From an uncultured Flavobacteriales bacterium (lineage in GTDB: Bacteria > Bacteroidota > Bacteroidia > Flavobacteriales > UBA7430), in NCBI GenBank assembly GCA_963933205.1, contig CAWVTK010000002.1, forward strand, positions 1-38,213: a DNA stretch of 38,213 bases, written 5' to 3'. The notes beneath the pieces were generated by a model. It saw only the letters and a program-made list of their open reading frames with translations, was not told where the DNA came from and did no database searches. The translations under genes and the position numbers were made by a program. Below, one piece after another: positions 18,060 through 27,367 of the stretch. Every line of letters begins with the position of its first letter. Position 1 is the first letter of the stretch.

Positions 18060-19871
18060 ATGTCGATACAATCTCTACGAGAAAAAATAAACTTAGCACT
18101 CTACGACAGTAAGGAAGGTGTTTTAGCTTTATTTAAAGTAGGGAGTTTTTTAATCGCAACTTTCATACTCTCGCTCTTAGTATACCAATACGGATTTAAT
18201 CCAAGTCCAGTTATTAAACAATGGATATTAGTAGCCATAAAAGGTAGCTTTGTTTTTTACATTCTAAAATATCTAACAGACCTACTTTACTCCTATGAAC
18301 CAAAAAAACTTTTAAGAGAATCTTGGTTTGAGGGCCTCCTTTTAGTTCTTATCATACTGAACGCAAGCTCTTTTTTAATTTCGGGACAGTCCTTATTAAA
18401 TTGGCTAGGACAACAATTGGAACTGTTTCAATTAGAAAATTATTATATTTTATTTTTACAATTTTACTTTTTCATTCTTGTAGGAATAGAATTAGGTAAA
18501 GCAAGTACCCAATTGGCTTTTTTAAGATTAAGTCCGCCCAACATGTTAATTTGCTCCTTTGTGCTCCTAATTCTTATGGGATCGGGCTTCTTAATGATGC
18601 CCGAGATGACCAGAGAAGTAGAATACATGCCTTTTTTTGAAGCATTATTCACCTCAATAAGCGCCAGCTGTGTTACAGGACTAATTGTGGTAGACACCGC
18701 CACATACTTTACTCAAAAAGGCCATACCATACTAATGCTGTTAATACAACTAGGCGGCTTAAACATCATTTCTTTTGCCACCTTGTTTGCTCTATTTTCT
18801 AAGAAAGGAATTGGCATTAAACACCAAACAATACTGCAAGAAAATTTCAGTTCAGAATCCTTACTTAGTGGAAAAGGATTGCTTAGGAAAATATTCTTAT
18901 TCAGCTTTTTTATGGAATTTATTGGCATGATTTTCCTCTACTTCACTTGGAATCCAGAACTTAAGTTCCCTTTTATTGAAGACCAATTTTTCTTTTCATT
19001 ATTTCATTCTATCTCTGCATTTAATAATGCCGGTTTCTCTTTATTTTCTGATGGTTTGCATGAACATTTACTTCAGAACTCGCACAGCATGCATCTTGTA
19101 CTAGCCGGATTAATATTTTTCGGAGCAGTAGGCTTTCCCGTTATTGATGATTTATTTAATCTCGAGAGGATAAAAAAATCAATTAAGTCACCCTTATTTG
19201 GTCTTAAACTCAGTACTAAAATCTCCTTGTACACATCCTTAGTCCTTATTGCTTTTGGTATGCTGATGTTCTATTTTTTAGAACAGCAAAACACGCTAAA
19301 CGGAATGAGTTTAGAAGGACAATTAATCACCTCGTTCTTTCAATCTATAACAGCCCGAACTGCAGGCTTTAATACCGTAGACTTTTCTGTAATTGGAACC
19401 CCAATGTTACTAATTTTTATATTCTTAATGTTTATTGGAGCATCTCCTGGTTCTACTGGTGGTGGTATTAAAACCTCTACTTTCATGCTAATTATTTACT
19501 CTGCGTTAAATACAATTAGAGGACAAAAAAGAATCGAAATTGGAAAAAGAACCATCTCAGCAGAGCTTTTACACAAAGCTTTTTCTATTTTTTTATTTTC
19601 GGCCTCGTCTATCTTTTTGGCTGTTTTTATTTTAAGTATCTCAGACGGTGAAAAAGGAATACTACCTATTGCATTTGAAATTGTTTCTGCTTTTTCTACC
19701 GTAGGTCTTTCTACTGGAATTACAGCAGATTTATCTTTTACAGGAAAAGTAGTGGTAATGATCTGTATGTTTGTAGGTAGAATTGGTACACTTACCTTAG
19801 CTTTTGCCTTAAGCAGTAAAATGAAATCGCACAATTACGAATACCCAAAAGCACATCTTACCGTTGGATAG
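18060..19871 (+). CDS. TrkH/KtrB-family K+ transporter with N-terminal extension
   Basis: 603 aa. Four pore-loop-like motifs (SCVTGL, FNNAGFS, ARTAGFNT, STVGLSTG) and GGGIKT. About 130 extra N-terminal residues with additional TM helices. Starts 17 nt after the kinase gene. Confidence 0.85.
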   Translation: MSIQSLREKINLALYDSKEGVLALFKVGSFLIATFILSLLVYQYGFNPSPVIKQWILVAIKGSFVFYILKYLTDLLYSYEPKKLLRESWFEGLLLVLIILNASSFLISGQSLLNWLGQQLELFQLENYYILFLQFYFFILVGIELGKASTQLAFLRLSPPNMLICSFVLLILMGSGFLMMPEMTREVEYMPFFEALFTSISASCVTGLIVVDTATYFTQKGHTILMLLIQLGGLNIISFATLFALFSKKGIGIKHQTILQENFSSESLLSGKGLLRKIFLFSFFMEFIGMIFLYFTWNPELKFPFIEDQFFFSLFHSISAFNNAGFSLFSDGLHEHLLQNSHSMHLVLAGLIFFGAVGFPVIDDLFNLERIKKSIKSPLFGLKLSTKISLYTSLVLIAFGMLMFYFLEQQNTLNGMSLEGQLITSFFQSITARTAGFNTVDFSVIGTPMLLIFIFLMFIGASPGSTGGGIKTSTFMLIIYSALNTIRGQKRIEIGKRTISAELLHKAFSIFLFSASSIFLAVFILSISDGEKGILPIAFEIVSAFSTVGLSTGITADLSFTGKVVVMICMFVGRIGTLTLAFALSSKMKSHNYEYPKAHLTVG

Positions 19872-19931
19872 GCCGTTTAGATGAATGCTTGGTAAGGCTT
19901 AACTCAATTACCTAAAATTATACTATTTGAT

Positions 19932-19939
19932 TATTTTTG
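19932..19939 (+). promoter_or_regulatory. candidate -7 box (TATTTTTG)
   Basis: TAnnTTTG match about 67 nt upstream of the ATG at 20006. Confidence 0.4.
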
Positions 19940-20005
19940 AGTCCCTCAACACACTAGCACTCTAGAAATTTCACTATATTCGAGGCTTAGCTTTAAATTA
20001 TAAAT

Positions 20006-22255
20006 ATGTCAGACTCTCTTTTAAAACCCAAGGCTAATTTTGGTACTGCACCCGTCTTTATGACGGCAATTTCCACTATTTTGGGAGCCATACTATACCT
20101 TCGGTTTGGATATGCAGTTGCACATACTGGCTTTATGGGGGCTATTGCTATTATTATTATTGGGCACTTAGTTACCATACCTACAGCAATGGCTGTGGCA
20201 GAAATTGCTACAAACCGAAAAGTAGAAGGTGGTGGAGCATATTACATTATTTCACGATCTTTTGGTTTAAACATTGGAGCAGCAATAGGTATCGCTTTAT
20301 TTTTATCGCAAGCCATTTCTGTAGCCTTTTATGTAATTGCATTTACAGAGGCATTCTTTCCCTTTGCGCAGTTTCTTGTAGAAAGCTATCCAATACTTGG
20401 AGATTACAGTACTTATATTCTCGATAAACAACTCATTGGAATTGTAATGATGATTCTATTGAGTATTTTAATGCTTACTAAGGGAGCAAACATAGGAATG
20501 AATCTGTTGTACTATGTTGTAGCCATACTATTCGCATCGCTCATTATGTTTTTTATGGGCAAACCTATAGAAGGACACTTAATATCAGATGTAGATCTGA
20601 TTTCATCGGTCGGAAATCCAGACTCTTTCTTTTATGTATTTACAATAATATTCCCGGCCTTTACGGGTATTGCAGCAGGCTTAGGGCTGTCTGGCGATTT
20701 AAAAGATCCAAAAAAATCTATTCCTAAAGGAACTTTATGGGCTACCGCAGTAGGTATAATTGTTTATGTAGCGGTAGCTTTAAAGCTGGTTTTGTCGGCT
20801 TCTTTAGAAGACTTAGCTACTGACCAGCTCATTATGAGTAGAATAGCCATTTGGGGACCCATTATACCTATCGGACTAGCCTGTGCTGCTATATCATCGG
20901 CCTTAGGCTCGGTAATGGTTGCACCTAGAACGTTACAAGCACTTGGAGTAGATGAAATTTTTCCTACACTTACCTTAAACACCTGGTTGTCTAGAAATAA
21001 AAAAGGAACAATAGAGCCGCTTAACGCTTCGTTAGTTTCGTGTGTAATTGCCTTTTTCTTTGTTGTAATTGGCGATATTAATTTAGTTGCAGAAGTTATT
21101 GCTATGTTCTTTATGGTAACCTATGGAGCTATTTGTTTGATTTCTCTGTTAGAGCATTTCTCTGCAGATCCCTCGTATAGACCAACCTTTAGATCGCGAT
21201 GGTACATATCCTTTGTGGGAGCTTTTTTATCTTTCTGGCTCATGTTTAAAATGAATGCTACTTACGCATTGGTATCTCTTTTTTTTATGGCCCTTATTTA
21301 CATTTACATCAGTAAATACAATACATCTACAGGCGGAATTATTAAACTATTTAAAGGGGTATTGTTTCAGCTTAGCCGACAATTACAAATTTTTGTTCGT
21401 AAAAAAGAATACAACAGCGCCAATGATCATTGGAGGCCCTTTGCCATATGCGTGTCAGATGTTACGCTTCAAAATAGAGATGCCTTTGATTTTATGCGCT
21501 GGGTTTCGCATAAATACGGTTTTGGTACCTACATGCATTTTATTGAAGGTTACTTAAATAAAGAATCGCATTCAGTATCTATTAAAACACTCAGTAAATT
21601 ACTGCGTTTAGCAGAAGGATCTAAATCGAAGGTGTATCTAGACACCATCATCAGCCCCTCGTATACCTCTGCAATAGCACAGGTAATACAATTGGCGAGT
21701 ATTTCCGGAAAAGGGCACAATCTAATTGTTTTGGAATTCGAAAGAGGAAACAAAGATAAGCTAGAACAAATTATAAAAAACCACCACCTACTAACCGCCA
21801 CAGACTTAGATGTTTGTATTTTAAACAGTACTTATAGGTCGTACGGTTACCACAGAGACATTCATATTTGGATTTCTGCAGACGATTATCAAGACTCTAA
21901 CCTCGAAATACTTTTAGGGTATATATTACTTGGACACAAAGACTGGAGAGATGCGAGTATAAAAATATACTCTATTTATGAAAAAGGTACCATCGAAAAT
22001 CAGAAAGAGCTTTTGCTAAATCTTATTAAAAAAGGACGTTTGCCCATCTCCCCATCCAACATAAATTTAATAGAAAAAGATCCAAGTAAAAGTGTCAAAA
22101 CAATCATTAACGAGCAATCTGCATCAGCAGACTTTACAATGATTGGGTTTGACGAGGAAGTACTAGAAAGAGAGGGAACTTCTTATTTTGAAGGATACGA
22201 AAAATTAGGAAACATTCTTTTTGTAAACTCTATGAACAAAAAAGAAATTAAGTAA
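20006..22255 (+). CDS. APC-superfamily permease with SLC12 (cation-chloride cotransporter)-like C-terminal cytoplasmic domain
   Basis: 749 aa. N-terminal ~460 aa form a 12-TM amino-acid-permease/CCC-type domain. The C-terminal ~280 aa are soluble, with the pattern NLEILLGYILLGHKDWRDASIKIYSIY that resembles the SLC12 C-terminal domain. Confidence 0.75.
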   Translation: MSDSLLKPKANFGTAPVFMTAISTILGAILYLRFGYAVAHTGFMGAIAIIIIGHLVTIPTAMAVAEIATNRKVEGGGAYYIISRSFGLNIGAAIGIALFLSQAISVAFYVIAFTEAFFPFAQFLVESYPILGDYSTYILDKQLIGIVMMILLSILMLTKGANIGMNLLYYVVAILFASLIMFFMGKPIEGHLISDVDLISSVGNPDSFFYVFTIIFPAFTGIAAGLGLSGDLKDPKKSIPKGTLWATAVGIIVYVAVALKLVLSASLEDLATDQLIMSRIAIWGPIIPIGLACAAISSALGSVMVAPRTLQALGVDEIFPTLTLNTWLSRNKKGTIEPLNASLVSCVIAFFFVVIGDINLVAEVIAMFFMVTYGAICLISLLEHFSADPSYRPTFRSRWYISFVGAFLSFWLMFKMNATYALVSLFFMALIYIYISKYNTSTGGIIKLFKGVLFQLSRQLQIFVRKKEYNSANDHWRPFAICVSDVTLQNRDAFDFMRWVSHKYGFGTYMHFIEGYLNKESHSVSIKTLSKLLRLAEGSKSKVYLDTIISPSYTSAIAQVIQLASISGKGHNLIVLEFERGNKDKLEQIIKNHHLLTATDLDVCILNSTYRSYGYHRDIHIWISADDYQDSNLEILLGYILLGHKDWRDASIKIYSIYEKGTIENQKELLLNLIKKGRLPISPSNINLIEKDPSKSVKTIINEQSASADFTMIGFDEEVLEREGTSYFEGYEKLGNILFVNSMNKKEIK

Positions 22256-22256
22256 G

Positions 22257-22264
22257 TACTTTTG
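22257..22264 (+). promoter_or_regulatory. candidate -7 box (TACTTTTG)
   Basis: TAnnTTTG match beginning 2 nt after the permease stop and ending 15 nt before the ubiE TTG start, implying a very short leader. Confidence 0.45.
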
Positions 22265-22279
22265 CACAAAATATAACTT

Positions 22280-23008
22280 TTGAAAAAAACGGTTAAGCCC
22301 TACAAAGAATCCTCTTTATCTAAAAAGGACCAAGTCGCATCAATGTTTGATAACATTGCTGGCAACTACGATTTTCTAAACCACTTCCTATCTCTCGGAA
22401 TAGATATTTTCTGGAGAAAAAGACTTGTGAGGAAATTAAAAAAACAAGCACCAAAAAGAATATTAGACGTAGCAACCGGAACAGCGGATTTGGCTATTGC
22501 TCTACTGAAATCTAATCCGTCCAAAGTAGTAGGAATAGACATTTCTAAGGGAATGTTAGATGTTGGAAAGATAAAGATTAAAGAGAAAAATGTAGAGGAA
22601 ATAATAAGCTTACAGCTAGCCGACTCGGAAGATCTTCCATTTGAAGATGCAAGTTTTGATGCGGTAACGGTTAGTTTTGGAGCCCGAAACTTCGAGAACC
22701 TAGAAAAAGGTCTTTCGGAAATGTTTAGAGTTCTTCGTCCTGGAGGCCAACTTTATATTTTAGAATTCTCAAAACCTACTCTATTTCCTTTTAAACAACT
22801 TTACGACTTATACTTTACATTTATTTTACCACTTATTGGTAAAATAATTTCTAAAGACAATGCCGCTTACTCCTACTTACCCGAATCTGTTAGTGCTTTT
22901 CCTCATGGAAAAAAACTAAATACAATTATTGAAAATTGTGGTTATACGAATGCAAAAAACCATCCGTTAACAATGGGTATCGCCTCTATTTACACCGCTC
23001 AAAAATGA
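22280..23008 (+). CDS. ubiE: demethylmenaquinone/ubiquinone C-methyltransferase
   Basis: VKPYK...[24 protein letters not shown]-terminal family region, SAM motif I ([11 protein letters not shown]) and [13 protein letters not shown]. The conserved N-terminus can only be encoded from the TTG at 22280, because an in-frame TAA lies 6 nt upstream and the next ATG is 21 codons in. Confidence 0.9.
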   Translation: MKKTVKPYKESSLSKKDQVASMFDNIAGNYDFLNHFLSLGIDIFWRKRLVRKLKKQAPKRILDVATGTADLAIALLKSNPSKVVGIDISKGMLDVGKIKIKEKNVEEIISLQLADSEDLPFEDASFDAVTVSFGARNFENLEKGLSEMFRVLRPGGQLYILEFSKPTLFPFKQLYDLYFTFILPLIGKIISKDNAAYSYLPESVSAFPHGKKLNTIIENCGYTNAKNHPLTMGIASIYTAQK

Positions 23009-23703
23009 AAAAACTAAGTTTACTATTCATTCTAGCTTCAATTGGTTTTTCTGTATTTGCACAAAAACAAAAACTAATAGCCCAAAGTCAATACGACTAT
23101 AAAAAATTCCACTTTGGAATGGCTTTAGATTTTGGCTACTATAATTTAGTAAACGATTATACTGAAGGGTTTTTAAGTAATTCCGACGTACTCTCAATTG
23201 AAACGGAGAGTGATTTTGGAATGGGTGTTTCATTTGTTTTACCAGACCTCAGACTTGGAAATAAGCTTAACTTAAGGCATATACTTACCGTAAAAACAAT
23301 TCAAAGAAACATAAAATACACTTTTAATCCAGATTATGACGGCCCAACTGAGGTAGTTAAAAAAGTTGAGTCCTGGTTTGTGGAATCGGCAATTCATTTA
23401 AAATACCGAGCAGACAGGATTAACAACAGCAGGGTGTTTGTGTTTTTAGGGCCAAGCTTTGGTGTGGATATGGCGTCCGAAAAAGACGTAATTGACGAAA
23501 ATATATTTAAATTAAATCGCTCTAACTTATCCTTGGAAATAGGTATGGGATGCGATTTCTATTTCGAGTTTTTCAAATTTGCTCCTCAAATTAAATATGC
23601 CTACGGTTTAACAAACTTAATCGTTCAGGATGGAACCATATTTACCAGTCCTTTAGAAGGCTTTTACACAAGAGGATTACAATTCTCCATTACTTTCGAA
23701 TAA
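23005..23703 (+). CDS. porT: PorT-family outer-membrane beta-barrel protein (T9SS-associated)
   Basis: 232 aa from the ATG at 23005 ([20 protein letters not shown] signal peptide). Alternating beta-strand pattern with a terminal ...[12 protein letters not shown] overlap with ubiE. The PorT call comes from size, pattern and position next to ubiE as I recall for Bacteroidota, and it was not searched. Confidence 0.6.
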   Translation: MKKLSLLFILASIGFSVFAQKQKLIAQSQYDYKKFHFGMALDFGYYNLVNDYTEGFLSNSDVLSIETESDFGMGVSFVLPDLRLGNKLNLRHILTVKTIQRNIKYTFNPDYDGPTEVVKKVESWFVESAIHLKYRADRINNSRVFVFLGPSFGVDMASEKDVIDENIFKLNRSNLSLEIGMGCDFYFEFFKFAPQIKYAYGLTNLIVQDGTIFTSPLEGFYTRGLQFSITFE

Positions 23704-25254
23704 ATGCAACAAGAAATAACCATAAGTGTTTCGCCAAAAGCAGCAACAGAAGAGCTTTCTATAAAATTTAGTGCCGCAAAGCACTTAAATATAGATGCCA
23801 AGGAAATTAGTAGTGTCGTAGTTCAAAAGCGCTCTATAGATGCACGCTCACGTAAAATTAATGTGCACTTAAAAGTAACCGTTTATTCCGATGGAGAAAA
23901 TGCAATCAATCCGAACTACGAAAGAGAATACAAAAACATTTCGTCGGCTACACCCATAATTATTGTAGGATCTGGACCTGCAGGACTTTTTGCAGCTTTA
24001 CGTTTAATTGAACTGGGACTTAAACCAATTATAATTGAACGTGGGAAAGATGTGATTCAAAGAAGAAAAGATCTGGCTAAAATTCACAAACACGAAGTAA
24101 ACCCAGACTCTAATTACTGCTATGGAGAAGGTGGTGCAGGAACTTATTCTGATGGTAAACTGTATACGAGATCTAAAAAAAGAGGAAGCGTACAAAGAAT
24201 ATTAGAGATTCTTGTGGGGCATGGTGCTGTAGAAGACATCATGATAGATACACATCCGCATATTGGTACAAATAAGCTGCCCAAGATTATTGCAAAAATG
24301 AGAGAAAATATTCTTGCAGCTGGAGGAGAATTACATTTTAATTGCAGAGTAGAAGATTTTGTTATTAAGGGCAATAAAATAGAAGGTGTAGTTGATCAAA
24401 ATGGAAATAAAATACTAGGACACTCCGTAATTTTAGCTACTGGACACTCTGCAAGAGATGTGTTCTATTTACTTAATAAGCATAAGATTCTTCTGGAAGC
24501 TAAATCTTTTGCAATGGGGGTTCGTATAGAACACCCACAACCTATTATAGATGCAGAACAATATAGATGCGAGATTAGAAGTAGGTATTTACCAGCAGCG
24601 TCCTACAAACTCGTACATCAAGTTAATGGCAAAGGTGTGTTCTCGTTTTGTATGTGTCCGGGAGGGCAAATAGTACCCTCTGCCACCACACCTGGCGAAG
24701 TAGTTGTTAATGGAATGTCTGCCTCAACACGCAGCTCTCGTTATGCCAATTCGGGTATGGTTGTAGCTATAGAGCCTGAGGATTTAAAAGCCTATGCTAA
24801 GCACGGTGATTTAGCTGGTCTTGTTTTTCAGCAAGAAATGGAAAAAATGGCTTGGGTAGCTGGAGGGAAAACACAAGCTGCTCCAGCACAAAGAATGGTC
24901 GATTTTACAAATAATAAATTCTCAAATAACCTAAACGATTGTTCCTACATTCCAGGAATAAACTCAGCTCCTCTTCACGAGTTACTGCCTCCTGTTATTG
25001 GTCATAGACTCCAAGTAGGCTTTAAAGCTTTTGGAAGAAAGATGAAAGGTTTTTATACAAATCAAGCCAATATTTTAGGCGTAGAATCGAGAACATCCTC
25101 TCCAATACGCATCCCTCGCGATAGCGAGTCCTTACACCATCCACAAATCGTAAATCTCTACCCTTGTGGAGAAGGAGCCGGATATGCAGGCGGAATCGTG
25201 TCAGCTGCTATAGATGGAGAACGCTGTGCCGAGGCAATAAAAAGCACCATTTAA
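23704..25254 (+). CDS. FAD-dependent oxidoreductase of unknown function (COG2509-like)
   Basis: 516 aa. Dinucleotide-binding motif IIVGSGPAGLFAALRL after a ~85-aa N-terminal domain. C-terminal GEGAGYAGGIVSAAIDG. The ATG directly follows the porT stop (TAAATG). Confidence 0.8.
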   Translation: MQQEITISVSPKAATEELSIKFSAAKHLNIDAKEISSVVVQKRSIDARSRKINVHLKVTVYSDGENAINPNYEREYKNISSATPIIIVGSGPAGLFAALRLIELGLKPIIIERGKDVIQRRKDLAKIHKHEVNPDSNYCYGEGGAGTYSDGKLYTRSKKRGSVQRILEILVGHGAVEDIMIDTHPHIGTNKLPKIIAKMRENILAAGGELHFNCRVEDFVIKGNKIEGVVDQNGNKILGHSVILATGHSARDVFYLLNKHKILLEAKSFAMGVRIEHPQPIIDAEQYRCEIRSRYLPAASYKLVHQVNGKGVFSFCMCPGGQIVPSATTPGEVVVNGMSASTRSSRYANSGMVVAIEPEDLKAYAKHGDLAGLVFQQEMEKMAWVAGGKTQAAPAQRMVDFTNNKFSNNLNDCSYIPGINSAPLHELLPPVIGHRLQVGFKAFGRKMKGFYTNQANILGVESRTSSPIRIPRDSESLHHPQIVNLYPCGEGAGYAGGIVSAAIDGERCAEAIKSTI

Positions 25255-25401
25255 TAGCCGTTATTTAGAAAGTCATCATTTTATAATTTCAACTATCGAG
25301 CTACAGTGTATTCCTTTCGTTTAGGATGTAAAATGATTCGTTGTAAATTAGACTACAAGGAAGCTTTGGATTGTTTAAATTTACAGATCAAAACCTAATT
25401 C

Positions 25402-26916
25402 ATGAAAAAAGTAGCCTTATTAATTCTAGATGGCTGGGGACATGGTAACAAGACCAAGTCTAACGCTATGAGTAATGCTAAAACACCTTTTGTTGATGCG
25501 CTCTACAAAACACATCCAAATTCCGAATTGCGAACAGATGGAAAGCATGTAGGTTTACCCGAAGGACAAATGGGTAACTCAGAAGTTGGCCATCTAAACA
25601 TCGGAGCAGGAAGAGTTGTTTATCAGGATTTAGTAAAAATTAATAATGCAGTAAAAGAAAACACTCTTAAAGATAACAAAACCTTAAACGATGCCTTCGA
25701 CTATGCAAAAAACAAACATAAGTCGGTTCATTTTATAGGTTTGGTTTCGAATGGAGGAATACATTCGCACGAAATCCACTTGCATCATTTATGTGAACTT
25801 GCAGATTCCGCAGGATTAGATAAAGTATACGTACATGCATTTACAGATGGAAGAGATACCGACCCAAAAAGTGGTAAAGGATTTATAGAGAACTTAGAAA
25901 CCAAAATCGAACATCTTTCGGCTGAACTAGTAAGTGTAGTAGGGCGTTATTATGCAATGGATAGGGACAAGCGTTGGGAAAGAATAAAAATAGCTTACGA
26001 TTTATTGGTGCATGCAAAGGGTGAACAAAGTGCGAACATTCTTAACTCCATACAGAGTTCTTATGACAAAGATGTTACGGACGAATTTATTCTACCCATA
26101 ACTAAAGTTGATGCAACAGGAAGTAAAATAGCCAAAATTGAAGAAGGTGATTTGGTTGTTTGTTTTAATTTTAGAACCGATCGATGTAGAGAAATCACAC
26201 AAGTACTAAGTCAGGAAGACCACAAGGAATACGATATGTTCAAATTAAATTTGAATTACGTTACCATGACTAGGTACGATCGATCTTTTAAAGACATAGC
26301 TGTTTTGTTCCACAAAGACAACCTGCGCAATACTCTTGGCGAGGTTTTATCTGAAAACAAGAAAACTCAAATTAGAATTGCTGAAACAGAAAAATACCCC
26401 CATGTTTCATTCTTTTTCTCTGGAGGTAGAGAAGTGCCCTTTTCTGGAGAGAAGCGTATTATGATTCCATCTCCAAAGGTAGCTACATACGATTTGCAAG
26501 CCAGTATGAGCGCTCAAGAAATTACAGATGCCATCGTTTCCGAAATAAAAAATACGCCCAGTGATTTTATTTGCTTAAACTTTGCAAACCCAGATATGGT
26601 AGGGCACACAGGTGTATACAAAGCAGTTATTGAAGCCCTAGAAACAGTAGATTTTTGTGCACAACAAGTAGTAGAAGCAGGCTTAAAACAAGATTATGGT
26701 TTTGTAATTATTGCAGATCATGGAAATGCAGATTACATGATAAATTCGGATGGCAGTCCAAATACAGCTCATTCGACCAATCCTGTGCCTTGTTTTATAC
26801 TCAATACTAGTTATAATGAGATAAAAAACGGCAAATTGGCTGATGTAGCACCAACAATTTTGAAAATAATGGGCATTACTATTCCGAAAGAAATGAATGG
26901 GAACATACTGGTGTGA
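25402..26916 (+). CDS. gpmI: 2,3-bisphosphoglycerate-independent phosphoglycerate mutase
   Basis: 504 aa. ILDGWG, catalytic Ser context MGNSEVGHLNIGAGR and metal-site ADHGNA motifs. Confidence 0.95.
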   Translation: MKKVALLILDGWGHGNKTKSNAMSNAKTPFVDALYKTHPNSELRTDGKHVGLPEGQMGNSEVGHLNIGAGRVVYQDLVKINNAVKENTLKDNKTLNDAFDYAKNKHKSVHFIGLVSNGGIHSHEIHLHHLCELADSAGLDKVYVHAFTDGRDTDPKSGKGFIENLETKIEHLSAELVSVVGRYYAMDRDKRWERIKIAYDLLVHAKGEQSANILNSIQSSYDKDVTDEFILPITKVDATGSKIAKIEEGDLVVCFNFRTDRCREITQVLSQEDHKEYDMFKLNLNYVTMTRYDRSFKDIAVLFHKDNLRNTLGEVLSENKKTQIRIAETEKYPHVSFFFSGGREVPFSGEKRIMIPSPKVATYDLQASMSAQEITDAIVSEIKNTPSDFICLNFANPDMVGHTGVYKAVIEALETVDFCAQQVVEAGLKQDYGFVIIADHGNADYMINSDGSPNTAHSTNPVPCFILNTSYNEIKNGKLADVAPTILKIMGITIPKEMNGNILV

Positions 26917-26971
26917 TGTTGAAACAGAACGAATAAACTTAATCATATTGGTCGAACCAATGTCAATTAAG

Positions 26972-26996
26972 TTTCTATTCTGAACAAGAATAGAAA
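26972..26996 (+). terminator. perfect 10-bp hairpin downstream of gpmI (possible terminator, no T-tract)
   Basis: TTTCTATTCT-GAACA-AGAATAGAAA. AT-rich stem not followed by a U-run, so terminator function is uncertain. Confidence 0.35.
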
Positions 26997-27042
26997 GTAT
27001 ACCTTAGGGACAATGAATTAAAAAACGTCAAAAAACATTCCT

Positions 27043-27050
27043 TATTTTTG
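27043..27050 (+). promoter_or_regulatory. candidate -7 box (TATTTTTG) only 4 nt upstream of the ATG
   Basis: TAnnTTTG match ends at 27050 and the CDS starts at 27055, implying a leaderless or near-leaderless transcript. Confidence 0.4.
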
Positions 27051-27054
27051 AATC

Positions 27055-27357
27055 ATGAAAAAAACAACCGTCTTTCTTAAACGTTTTGCATCCCATGTAA
27101 AAAGCCCCTTTATTGTATTGGGATTTTTATTTGTGTTATGGATGCTTTTTTTTGACAGTAATTCTTACTTAAATCATCGTAATTTATCCAACAGTATTGA
27201 TCAATTAGAAAAAGACAAAAGGCACTACAAAGAAGAAATTCGTAAGGATTCTATCGCTTTACATGAACTCTCGAGCCCCGAAGGTTTAGAGAAATACGCC
27301 CGAGAGGAATACCACATGAAGAAAGAAAACGAAGAGATTTTTCTAATTATTGAATAA
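27055..27357 (+). CDS. septum formation initiator family protein (FtsB/DivIC-like)
   Basis: 100 aa. Single TM (PFIVLGFLFVLWMLFF) followed by a short coiled coil (NSIDQLEKDKRHYKEEIRKDSIALHEL) and the C-terminal EKYAREEYHMKKENEEIF typical of this family. Confidence 0.65.
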   Translation: MKKTTVFLKRFASHVKSPFIVLGFLFVLWMLFFDSNSYLNHRNLSNSIDQLEKDKRHYKEEIRKDSIALHELSSPEGLEKYAREEYHMKKENEEIFLIIE

Positions 27358-27367
27358 GCTATGCCAT

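Noticed and set aside
22936-23004. 23-codon extension of the porT-like ORF into ubiE.
   Set aside because: It is a TTG-initiated extension. The ATG at 23005 begins a canonical signal peptide and forms an ATGA overlap with the ubiE stop.
26917-27054. Possible cobalamin riboswitch upstream of the B12-dependent mutase genes.
   Set aside because: The region is only 138 nt, very AT-rich and lacks a recognisable B12-box-like GC-rich core. It holds only an AT hairpin and a promoter-like box. A cmsearch with the Rfam cobalamin model would settle it.
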